Assembly: GCA_010093605.1 (NCBI GenBank)
Contig: MU004196.1
Coordinates: forward strand, 1,510,606-1,574,605
DNA: 64,000 nt
Direction: 5' to 3'
DNA from: Lophium mytilinum
Taxonomy: Eukaryota
The notes under the pieces are model-generated. The model saw only the letters and a program-made list of their open reading frames with translations. It searched no databases and had not been told where the DNA came from. This document shows positions 49,935 to 62,085 of the stretch, in pieces; within the stretch, counting starts at the first letter, position 1, and each line of letters starts with the position of its first letter. The position numbers and the translations under genes are program-made.

Positions 49935-52900
49935 TATCTTATTATTATAATTACTTCTATAAGCATCGCTCTTATTAATGCTTGCGCTTATGCTTATAAT
50001 TATAATTACGTTTATAAAATATAAGCTGCTACTATTACTAAGATCCCTATATTAAGACGTCTAAAGATTATTAAAACCTTAGTATTACGCTAAACGGCGT
50101 CCCTTATATAAAAGATAAGTTCTAGCCCCACCTAGATAAGTTTAGAGGTAATAAAGATAAGTACCCTAAGTTTTATTATAGATTTCTAAATAAAGTTAAC
50201 TATAGTAGCTATACTATAAGATCTAGTAAGCCCCTATATTTTATATACCTTAGTAAATAACTTACTAGTATACCCCTTAAAGGCTTCCGTGCCTAATAAG
50301 ATAGCTACTAGCCCTTTCTTACTATCTAGAAAGCTATAGCATTCTTAGACTCCTAATATAATAACCCTAATAAAATTAGTACTACTAAGAATAAGCTTTA
50401 TAAGCTTATTTAGATAAATAGTATAACGCCTAACTATATATAGAAACTAATAAAATTATATATAATCTACCTTCTAGGCTATAGAGGCTATAATAACGTC
50501 TATAACCTTAAGTAGAAACTCCGCCTAGATATTATTACTGGCGCTATTTTAGGTAAAGGCTTTACTACTAGCCTATAGTATATTAATACTACATATAAAT
50601 AGCTCTATAATAATAGTATTAATAAGAACGTGTAACCTAATAACTATAGCTTTAGTAACTTTAACCGCAACTAGCTCTAAGGCTTTAACTATAATAGTTA
50701 TAACCGTAATAACTGTAATCGCCGCGATAATTATAATTACCGTAACTATAATTATAATCGCAACCGTAACTATACTCTACGCCCCTTAACCGCCGCTGCT
50801 ATCTCTATAACCTAAGAAGATATTAAGATTACTTCTCCCTTTAACTAGGTACCCCCTAATAAGCTCTATAAAGGCAATAGAGAAGCGCTTATAAAGAATA
50901 GTAAGTACTTCTACTACTATCTTTCTAAATATTTTACTTAAAATCTATACTACCCTATAAACTAACTTAATAAACTAGGTTTTACTACTTATTAAATAGA
51001 TTCTCCAGCACCCTATCTTAATAATTATGCCGCCCGCGTTAAAGAACTCTTAGATAATAATAGCTTTAATAACTATAAAACCCTTAATAATAAGCGCGGC
51101 TCTAGCTACTCTAAAGGTAAGGCTAAGAGAAAAGTAAGGTTATAGACTATAGTCGCGGTCTATAATATAATAAGAACTTAGTTATAGAGAATCTTTAGTA
51201 TAGAAGGCTTATTATTTTAGCAGCCTCTCTTAGTAAAGCTTAATAGGAACTATTTTAAAATAAAGATAGAGGATTTAATATTAAGCGGGTAAATAATATA
51301 GTTCTTTTAGTAATAGTATAAACCTATAAGAAAGAATAACCTATAGAAATAATAAAAATTAATTCTTATCTTAATTATAGAGCCACTAACCTATTTACTA
51401 GTACTAAGTTTGCGCATCTAGCAAATTTACCCCTAAAACCCCTTAAAAAAGCCCAAGTCCTTAAACTAGCTAATAGATTAGCTATTACCTAAAAAGTAAT
51501 ATATAAAGCCCTCCTTAGTATAGATATAAATAGCTACTAGAGCTATTACTAGGTATACGTTACTAATCTAGAAGACTATAATATTATTATAGAACTTAAC
51601 TAGCTCTAAGAATATAACCCGGCTATTAACTAGAAAGCTAGACGCCTAGATTTTATCCGTTCTTAATATAAACCCTATAAGAACTATATATACTACTTTA
51701 ACTGCAACTCTATTACTATCTAGGTAAACAGCATGCGTCCTTATAATATATCTAATAATTACTACAACCTTATAGACTAGAAACCTATTAGTATAGATAC
51801 CTACGTATAAATAGCTTCTATTACTAAGCGCAAAGAATAGAAACTTAAATAGATTCCTTACTATATTATAGAAACCTTAGAAAATAAGAATAAGGACTTT
51901 ATTATCGCTTATAATAGCTTACAAGTTATCGCCTTCTGCATGGGCGATAATATTCTACTAAAAGCTCGTAAAATCTCTATAGAAGATATTAAAAAATTCA
52001 TACATATTAAGATATATCTCTTCTATAATAAGATAATTTAATAGCTACCTAAATAACTACGCCGCTACGTCTATATCTTTAACTAAGTAGAAGTAAATAC
52101 GCTTCCCCCTTATTAACTAGGTATTAATTACAAAATTAACCTTATTCCTAGCGCTAGTAAACTACCTAAAGCCCGTCCTTACGCTATATCTAAGAAAGAG
52201 CTTAAAGTTATTAAGAAATAGATTAATAATAACCTTAATAAAGGATTTATCTATAAGTTATAATTCTCTATATTCTCCCCTATACTTTTTATCTAGAAGC
52301 CTAGAGGGGGCGTTTATTTCTACATTAACTATAGGGCCGTTAACGCCATAATAGTTAAGATAAGATACCCGCTGCTACTTATTTAAGAAATACTCTAAAA
52401 GCTTAGTAACGCTAAATAGTATTCTAAACTAGATATTATTTCCGCGTTTAATTAGATTTAAATGCGGGAAGAAGATATAGGTCTTACGGCCTTCTCTATA
52501 TAATAGGGACAGTATAAATCTATTATTATGCCTTTTAGCGTTATAGAAGGCCCCGGGCGATTCTAATCCTTTATTAATTAGACATTATATAACTACCTAG
52601 ATAATTTCTATTTAGCCTATATAGATAATATTCTAGTCTATATAAATAGTACTAAAAAAGAATATAAAGAGCACGTTATAAAGATACTAAAGAGACTTAA
52701 TAAAGCCGGCCTTAATTATAACTTTACTAAATGTAAATTTAATAAAATAGAAATTAAGTACCTAGGTCTTATTATTACAATAGAAGGCGTTTGCATAGAT
52801 CCCGAGAAAGTTGCTATAGTTATTAATTAGAAGACCCCTACCTGCCTATAAGATATCTAAGCCTTTCTTAGGTTTACTAACTTCTACTAATACTTTATAC

Positions 52901-55900
52901 ACGCGTTCTTCCGCATTATTAGCCTACTTATATTAATAATAAAAACTATAGATAGTAAAAAGACTAAGCTAAAAGCATAGTTTACCTAGAATAATAAATG
53001 CAACACCGCTTTTTAAGCACTTAAGACGGCGTTTACTATAGCACCTATTCTTCGCTACTTTTAATATAGTAAGAAGGTCTATATTAAAACTAACGCTTTA
53101 GACTATATTATTGCTAGTATTATATTATAAGAAGGTAAAGATAGCCTACTCTATTCTATTACCTTCTTCTCCTCTAAGATAAACCCCTAGGAATGTAATT
53201 ATAAAATCTATAATAAGGAGTTACTTACTATTATTAAAGCCTTTAAAGAGTGGAGGCCTAAATTAGCTAGTACTAATTTAGATAATTCTACTAATATACT
53301 TATAGACTATTATAATCTAGAATACTTTATATTAACTAAATACCTTAACCGTTGCTAGGCCCGCTAGGCCGGCTTTCTTACCGGTTTTAACTTTAAAATT
53401 ATCTATTAACCAGGCGTCTTAGAAGGGAAACTAGATAGCCTTATAAAATATTTATAAGATCTTTCTATAGATCTAAATAATCCTTGCTATTAATTTTAAT
53501 ACTAAATAGTCCTTAAATCTTATAACCTAGGAGACAGAGTAGCACCTTATTTACTAGATGTTCTAATAAGCTTACCTAACAACGGCCTAGGCCGCACGCT
53601 AAATCTAATCGGGCTAGTACCTTACTATAAAGAGTTAAACCCGTTAATAGCTATAGAGTTGCTACTATTAAAGATATACTCTTAATTTCTTCTCGCACCC
53701 GTATAACTATATAGTTACGCGCGTAATAATAACATTAACCCTAACTCTAACTCTAACTCTAACCCTCCTCTTATAATTAAACTACCCTAGGTAAATAATA
53801 ATAACCTCTACGTAGACCCTAACTTAATCTATTAGCGCACGCTTACTAAGCTATTTAATAAAGGCTACTTTAGCCTACTATAGAACTTATAAGACCCGCT
53901 CTTTAACTCTATACTCTATAAACTTATTACACTTATATATAATAGTAAATGCGCACTTTCTTAATTACTACATAATATAGTTAGTAACCTAGATATCTTA
54001 GAATTTAAAGTCCGCTATAATTAACTATATTACTACGGCCGCTTATATATACCTGCGTATAATAACTTACGCCTTAAGCTCTTATAGCTTGCCTATAATA
54101 CTACTATTAGTGGACACCTAGAAAAGCATAGTATATATAAACTTATTTAATAATACTACTTCTAGCTAGGTATATATAATTTAGTTAAAGACTATATAAG
54201 CGCCTACTATAGTTATAAATAATTAAAGGCCTTCTATAATAAGAAATAAGGTCTCCTACGTTTACTTAATATACTAGAATAGCGCTAGACTAATATTACT
54301 ATAGACTTTATTATAGAGCTTCCTCTCTATAAGCGTAATAGATAAGTCTATACTAAGATTCTAGTTATTATCTACCGCGCTAGTAAAGAACGTTACTATA
54401 TTTCTATAAGTAGCACCTCTATCTATAATATTATTAACGCGTTCCTCTGCAAAATCTACTATCTCCACGGCCTCCCCCGCGTTATTATTAGCAACCGTAA
54501 TCTGCGCTTTATCTTAGACATCTAGAAATAAGTTTATAAGTATATAGGCGTCTATTAGAATATTTCTATAGCCGCCTACCCTAAAACTAATAGATAAATA
54601 GAAAACGTAAATACTATTATAAAGGCCTACCTTAGGTAATTTATTAACTACTGCTAGAATAACTAGATTAACTACTTACCTATTAGAGAATTCTTAGTAA
54701 ATAACTAAGTTAACACTTCTACTATAATAACGCTATTCTTTATTAATAAGGGTTTTTACCCGCGCTTCGGCCTTAAGCCTCTACCTGGCGCAATAAATAA
54801 TACTATACCTCCGCCCACGCCTACTCTTAATACTAACGCTGCTACCCGTTGCCGTTAGCTTAAAGGTAATAAATATATTAACTAGATAAAGAATATTCTA
54901 AATAAATATAAGACTATAATAATATAGGCCTAAACTAAATAAGTAGACTATACTAATTAGCACCGCAATCTACTACTAAAGCTCTAAGTTAATAACTAGG
55001 TATAGCTTAATATCTAAAATATTAAAACTACGCGACTAAATAAATTACTTAACTATAAGAACCTAGGCCCCTTCCGCATTACTAAGATTATTAATAATAG
55101 TTACGCCTTCTAACTTAACTTTATAAATATAAGTCTTAAAGGCTCTTAAATACACCCTATCTTCTACCTATACCTTCTCTATCTAGATAGGTCCCGTCTA
55201 CTACTAGGCCAACGCTAGCCACCGCTACCTTCCGTTTAGGTAATTAACCCCGTTACCTCTAAATCTGTTAAATAACACCTAATTACGCGTATTATTAATA
55301 GCCGCTAGCGCGGCCGCGGACTAAAAGGACGCCGCTACCTTAAATATAAAGGACTTTATAAAGGCTACACCGCACTATAGAAATAGTAACTGTAGAAATA
55401 GTTTATACCTAAGGCTGTAGACCTTATTAGTAAATTCTATAACCTTAATCCGGACGCCAACGGTCCTTATCTAGACTTTAAACCTAATAATAATTAGCGC
55501 GCGCACCTTACTAATAATAATAATACTACTAATAATAATTTTACCGCCGACCGTTTATAATTATAATCGCTCTACGCTAAGCTATATTTTTATCTTTATA
55601 TAATTACCTCGCCGCACCTCCGCACTGTAATTAATAATAGCCTTAAATAGTTTATCGCGACTTTATATATAATAACTATAATAAGATTAGAATCCTTAGC
55701 TATATAAAGTAGGCTAAGCTATTATAATAGAAAAGCCCTTATAAGTAACGCCTTAAGTACGCTAGCTTCTTATATATTAGTATATAACTAATAATTAGCT
55801 AAACTACGCTATATAATTTTACTACTTAGCTATACTAATAATCTAATAACTATTTACGCCCTTACATTTAAACCTAGCACAACTTAGATACTCTTTTCTT

Positions 55901-58840
55901 TTTTTCTTTTACTTTTTACTTCTAGCGTTCTTAAATAGAGGGGTAGTATAATAGATTACGCTCTATTCTCTAGTTATATATTTACCTGTTACTAGCCTTC
56001 TACCTCTATACCTATTATATTACCTTGCGCTATCTACGCGCTAGCCTGCCTAGCGCCTACGCGCCTCTCTCCTCTATATATATAGCTTCTATCTAGAAGC
56101 CTCTTTTTCTACTTCTTATATAACCTCTTAAATTTAATCTAGTTACCTTAACTACTAAGCTCCTCTACACCGTAACTATAATAGAGGTAGTAGAGTACTA
56201 TCTAGTTCTATATAAAGTAGTATATATAGTTAAGGGGCGTAAATTAAATTATAGTTATAGAAGTTCTTATTATTATTACTATTACTAGAATTAGAGGAGA
56301 GTCTACTACCGCCCCTAGTAGAGTATATATAGTTCTATTAACTATAAAGGGGCTTATTAGGGCGGCGGAGTAGTAAGAGTTTATATTACTAGTAGTTATA
56401 GCCGCGTAAATAATTATAGCCCGGTAGAATAGAAGGGTATTAGTATAGCTTAGCGCCTTCTTTAACTATAATATAGGCTATAAGCTTATATTAATAGCTT
56501 ATAGTAGCGGCGAGTTATATAGTAATCTTAGTAGAGAGTAGGCTATTAGCGCAGGTTATAGGGCCGCGGAAAGTAGAACTATAGATAGTAGTATTCTAGA
56601 GGCTATTAATATAGACTTTAGTAGTAGTAAAAGCTTTTTTAATATTCTTAATATAGGCTTTAAGCTTAGTAATATACTTAGCTAAAGCTTTACTATAGGT
56701 TTTAAGCTTAGTAATACACTTTACTACTATTATATTAATAGTATCTATCTAGGTAGTAAATACTACTATATTAGTAATATATTTATATATAATTTTATCC
56801 TTAAGGTTTCTAGCATAGATAGCGTTATCTCTATCTTAGATAGTGTTATCGCGGTTATTAAAGGCCTAGTTCTAATCCTCTTTAGCTTTAAGAATATTAG
56901 ATTTATATTAGAATTTTATATTAGTAATAGCCTTTTCTAGCTACTTAATATTACCTTTTACGGCCTAGAGGTAATTATCTTATTATTTAATAATATTATA
57001 AGCTTACTTATCTAGCTTAGCCTATACTTCTATAGAGGCCTTATTTTATTTAAGATAGTTATATAGTTATTAAATCTTAGCTTTATATAAACAGGTTAAT
57101 TTAAAGGCTATTACCTTATTTTTAGTAATAAAGTCTATAAAGGCTTTAGTATTAGGGACCTTATATATAATAGGGGCCTTATTAGCGTCTTACTTATTAA
57201 TAGTAGAGTAGTTAATAAGTTTATTTACTTTAAGAATAGAGTTTTTAAAGGCACTAGGCATTTTAGGGTAGTAGATATATCTACTAGAGTTAGGTTAATT
57301 AGGGTGCTTCTAAAGCTTATTATCTTTAAGAATAGCATTACCTTTAGTAAGGCCTTTAGTAAGGTTATCTTAGGTATTATTATTATAGCTGCGCGCGCGC
57401 TATAAGTTTCTAGTAATTATCTAGAATTTCTTAGTAGTGTTCTAGAAGTCTTAAGTTAAGGCCTAAAAGTTTAAGAATAGAATAGTATACTATAATAGAA
57501 GGTTATAAAGCTTTTATATACTAGTTATATTAAGGGGGTTTAAGTTATAGCTATTAGCTATAGTATTAATAGCCGTGCAGGGTAATTATAGAGTATTATA
57601 GTTTACTAGTAGATTATAGTTTAAGAACTTAGTAGAATAGTAGCTAGGTAGAGTAACTTTATAGTATTATAGACTATAAAAGGCAAGGTATAGAGTATAG
57701 TATTAAATAAGAAATAAAGTATATTTATAAAGATAAAGTTATATAAAGGTAGAGGTTTTATATAGCGGAGGCTAAATATAGGCTAGAGGTATAAAACTAT
57801 GCTAGCGCATAGGCTTATATAATATAGCTAAGAATATATAATATATATAGAGCTAAATCTATTATACCTTTAGCGCGCACCCCTTTAGGCTCCTTAGGGT
57901 TTATCTAGATCCTCTAGTAATATAAGTAGTAGTAGCTAGGCCGCTCCCTATTAAGAAGAAGATAATAGGTATTTAAGCTAAAGATAAAGAGCTAGAAGCT
58001 TTCTCTAGTAAAAGCCTAGAGAATTCTAGCCCTTAGAGGCTTTATATAGTATATAGTAGGCCTATATACCCTCTTTCTACTCTTACTATTAGTAGAGATA
58101 TCTATAACGTGCCTAATTAGAAAAAGAATAAAAATAAGAAAAAAGAAAAAAGAACTAATCCCCCTCTACTATATATAATTCCTAGTATAGTAGCTTAAAA
58201 ATATAGCTAACCTATTTATATAGAAAGCGCCGCACTTACTATCTACTTTCTTCTCTTACTATTACTATTATTCTAGGCCTACTAACTTCCTCTTAGTATA
58301 CTAATAATCTTACTACTACTTTTAGCTTCTTTACTATTACTATAGCTCTTTAAGAGTACTTCTACTATACTAAGCTTATCTATATAAAGCTTATTAATAG
58401 CTAATATAGCTAGAATTAGGCGGGCCTAGCCTATAGTATATATCTAGAGTGCGCCTAAAATATATTTACTAGGGGCTATTATTAGTATAATATTAATTTC
58501 TATACTAATAATAATCTAGATAGTAAATATAGTATATATAGGGTTAGAAGTAAGTACTATACTTAGGTTAATACTATAGGAGATATAGTAGCGTTTAAGC
58601 GGGCTCTAAAGCCTAGAGCTAGTTATACTAGAAAAAAGAAGTAGATAGAGAATTAAGCCTATTAGACTATATACTTAGAAACTATAACTATAACTTTTAA
58701 ATTTTATTACTACTAATTAATATTTCTATATATCTAGTACGCGGATATAAATATATATATCTAGACGCGTAATTTAGCTATCTATTTATATAATTTAGAC
58801 TTATATTTACTAAGATATAATAAAGTAATAGATTCTATCT

Positions 58841-59165
58841 CTATATAGCCTTTCCATTTTATATATACTCTATATATATTCTAATATAAGGCTTAAGTAT
58901 TAGTAGTAAGGATTTTATTTTAATATTTTGCGGCTTAAGTATTAGTAGTAAGAATCTTATTTTAAGGCTTAAGTATTAGCGCAGGGTAAATTTCCTCTAC
59001 GCTAATACTTAAGCCTTAAAATATTAAAATAAGATACTTACTACTAATACTTAAGCTATATAATATTAAGATATATTTTTATATTTTACCCGCACTAATA
59101 CTTAAGCCCTACGTTATAATACCTCTAATTTAAAATAGAAAGGCTAAAATAGAAAGGCTATATAG
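58841..59165. repeat. Imperfect palindrome built from GCTTAAGTATTAG units (three direct, three inverted)
   Basis: Direct units at 58891, 58933, 58967; inverted units at 59002, 59044, 59095; flanked by CTATATAGCCTTTCCATTTT (58841) and its near-exact inverse (~59147-59165). Confidence 0.85.
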
Positions 59166-59249
59166 GCTATATATAATATATATAAAACTATAATAGTATA
59201 GAATAATACTAATTACTCTATTTAACTAGCTTCTAAATATCTAACTACA

Positions 59250-61210
59250 TTCTAACTCTCTTTTATATTCTACGCCCGTTCTAATCTACTCTATCTTCTT
59301 CTAGTATAGTTAGCGCCTTTAACGCGGCCTTTTCTTACCTATATAGATTCTTAAAGTTATATAGCTCTTTTATAAACTATATTACTATTCTATTTAATAG
59401 CTTTAGAGCTAGAGCTATATAGTACGCCTTTAAGAATCTATTCTATATCTACTAAAGAAAATTAATATTCTATACCTAATTAATAATAATCTATATAGCG
59501 TGCTACTACTACTACTTTATACCTGTATTTATAATAGCTCTAACCTTCTAGAAGAAAAAGAACTTAAGTATATTAGCGTCTTTCTCTAGATATACTAGGC
59601 TTAAGCTATAAGAATATTATACTAGCGCTACTTAGCTAGAGAAGATATACTACAGCGGCGGCTATATTAGAAGCTAAGGTATAAATATAGGCTAAGAATA
59701 ACTCTATAGTATAAGTAGTAGAGGGGAGAAGGGCTATATATATATCTATAGAGCCTATAAAGAAAGGCTATACTAAAATTATATAGAAAAAGAAGAAGAA
59801 GAAGAAGAAGCGCTTTAAGAAGGAGCGCTTTATAATACTATTTAATCTACTATCTCTATACCTTTCTACTATATCTAGAGCTCTATTAAGCGCTCTATTA
59901 TATTAAATATTCTAGCTATTTTATCTTTAGACTTCTGCGCCTAATTTAACTTTATAGTGCGCTAGTAATCTTTTCTAACTAGGCTCTCTCTAGTAAGATC
60001 TTTATATACTTTATTAGGCGGCTTAGTAATTATAGCCTTACCCTAAGTAATTATATCTACCTATACCTAGTAGTACTTTATAAGTAATATATAGTACTTC
60101 TAATTATTATTAATCTAGTATAGATTATCTATATTAGAGTAAATATTATTTATATACTTATATAATAATAGTATACTAGTCTATAGGCGGCTAGACTCTT
60201 AAATTAACTCTAAATAGACTACCTACTACTCTAATAGCTTAGTAGTATAAGGCCTGCTTCTACTATAAAACCTATTAGTAGTTAGCGTACCTAATAGTAA
60301 TAATAATAGTACCTCTACTTTCTTTCTCTTCTTTAATAGCGGCGGTAGTAGATTATATATTAACTTATATTTAAATATTATAGAAATAGTAGCCTTTAAA
60401 TAATTCTTCCGCTTTAAATTAAGTATATAGAATACCTACTAGAACTCTAAAAGTAAAAAGTTAGCTATATTATAACTAAGAAAACCTCTAGTCTCCTTTA
60501 TTATATAAATAATAGTAGTGCGCTAGATAACTTTATACTCTTTCTTATAGTTACTATTAATCTATACTATAGTTACTATTATATCTAGCTTAACCTCTAA
60601 GTTCTTAGTATTAAGAGTAAACTAGATTAAGTTCTCTAGCTATCTACTACTAACCTTCTTACTATTAATATAGAGAAGATAGAATAGAGTAACTAGAAAG
60701 TTATTAATCTTCTCTTCCGCCTCTTTAATATAGTACTAGATACTAGCGCTAGTTAATACGCTACTAGTAGTTCTTTTAATACTATAATAAGCCTGCGCCT
60801 CTATAGAACTAATAGCTATTAAATCTACCTTCTTAGAGCCCTTCTTACCGCCTATTTCTATATTCTTAGAACCTTTCTAGCCTTTATTACTACTTATATC
60901 TATCTTAATAGGGCCCCTTTAACTCTTAGAGAGCTACTTAGTATATCTAGTAATATATTCTACTATACTAATACTTTAGCCTTTATAGAGGGCGTCTATA
61001 TATATACTAGAGGTAGCTTTCTCTTTAGTATAGCCTTTAGCTTTATAGGCTTTAGTATAGCCTTTATAGGCTTTAGTATAGCCTTTATAGGCTTAGGCGC
61101 AGCCTTTATAGACTTAGGTATACTCTTTAGTATACTTACTATAGTAGTAGTCCTTAGACTTATATAAATAGGGGGGGTATTAGGCGTATTATTAGGTATA
61201 AAGAAAATGC
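59250..61210 (-). pseudogene. RIP-degraded second ORF of the TIR element (unknown function); boundaries approximate
   Basis: Reconstructed K/A/P-rich repeats (AAPKPxK), an acidic stretch, then a Cys/His motif C-x4-C-x-N-x4-CWIDxxxKHH-x5-HH-x2-WA-x-AI-x2-GKAT-x3-PP at ~60020-60160; frameshifts needed. Confidence 0.55.
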
Positions 61211-62085
61211 GTCTTCTATTACTATAGGTAGTTAGTAGGGATACTATAATACTAGAAAAATATTAGTAAGTAGTTATATAGTATAGGTAAGAAACCTTAC
61301 TTATTATTATATAGGGGACATTAAAAGGTTAATATTTAATTAGGTAGTGCTCCCTGCAATTCTTATATAAATTTTAGTAAGGAACGCTAAGAAAAAAACG
61401 CTAAGCGTTCTGTGCTATTTTGAATTCGACAAATCGACACGGGCTAGTCAGGGGTCGCGCGGCTGCAAAAGTCAGGGTCCACCCGGCATCGCTTCCCATC
61501 TCCAACTTCCACTACCAACGCCCAACCGCGACGCCCGATTCGAAATTCCCATCGAGTGTGATCCTATGATCCCGCCGCACCCGGGTATAGAAGATGTTCG
61601 CATGTGCTTCTTCAACATGCAAAGGTTTGCGTGTCTTAGTAATCCCGTCCCGTCCTAAAACCTTAGAGAAACACTCCCTCACCTTCCAAAACAAACGTCT
61701 CTAAATAAATTAGGCAGTCAGTTTTAATTCCTACAGTTCCGTGCGATGACAGCCGGACTGAAAGCCATGCGGCCAGACCAAACCATGGCTGGCTGGCCTC
61801 TCCTCACCGACCCGAATGCAGACAAACCGATATCTGGCGTGGCGTTTTTGGCATAGCCAAGGCTCGTTTAGGTATGCTACGCGCTGTAAACATCCCGCCT
61901 TGCCTAGGCCCTACTCCGAGGGGCGGTAGACGCTCGAGCCATGAGACGAACCTACATGAGTCCTTGAAACCCCCGAGCAGCAGGATTTCCTCTACTCCGC
62001 TAATTCTCTGCTGTACCTCTTGCAGAGTTATTACTCTGCGTCCATTCGTTTTCCAGTCTTTGACTATCGTCACTCATTAATCATA

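Larger units (their letters stand above)
41953..56183 (+). mobile_element. Ty3/Gypsy (chromovirus-like) LTR retrotransposon B, nested in the gag region of A
   Basis: 237-bp LTRs at 41953-42189 and 55947-56183; TSD GAGAT/GAGGT; PPT AGAGGGGTAG before the right LTR; RT YSKLDIISAF..YIDN (52618-52629), RNase H, integrase ~54250-54780, chromodomain-like ~55270-55460. Confidence 0.92.
35751..57866 (-). mobile_element. Ty3/Gypsy (chromovirus-like) LTR retrotransposon A, RIP-degraded
   Basis: 202-bp LTRs at 35751-35952 and 57665-57866; 5-bp TSD CCTTT (35746-35750, 57867-57871); PPT next to the left LTR; minus-strand RT remnants FTKLDIITAF and YLDN (YLDD, 39213-39224), RNase H, integrase and chromodomain-like C-terminus. 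Confidence 0.92.
33991..61435. mobile_element. RIP-inactivated Tc1/IS630-like DNA transposon with 188-bp TIRs (own length ~5.3 kb), hosting nested retroelements
   Basis: 33991-34178 and 61248-61435 are inverted repeats (GATTTGTCGAATTCAAAATAGCACAG...) with about four transition differences; they mark both edges of the AT-rich block. Confidence 0.85.

Noticed and set aside
48912..59110. Short repeated units (18-bp LINE repeat; GCTTAAGTATTAG array) as a CRISPR-like array
   Set aside because: Eukaryotic context, no unique spacers of regular length and no cas genes; explained as tandem or palindromic TE sequence.
33991..61435. Starship-type giant element
   Set aside because: No tyrosine-recombinase captain remnant recognised at either end; the size is explained by nested retroelements and the ends are long TIRs.
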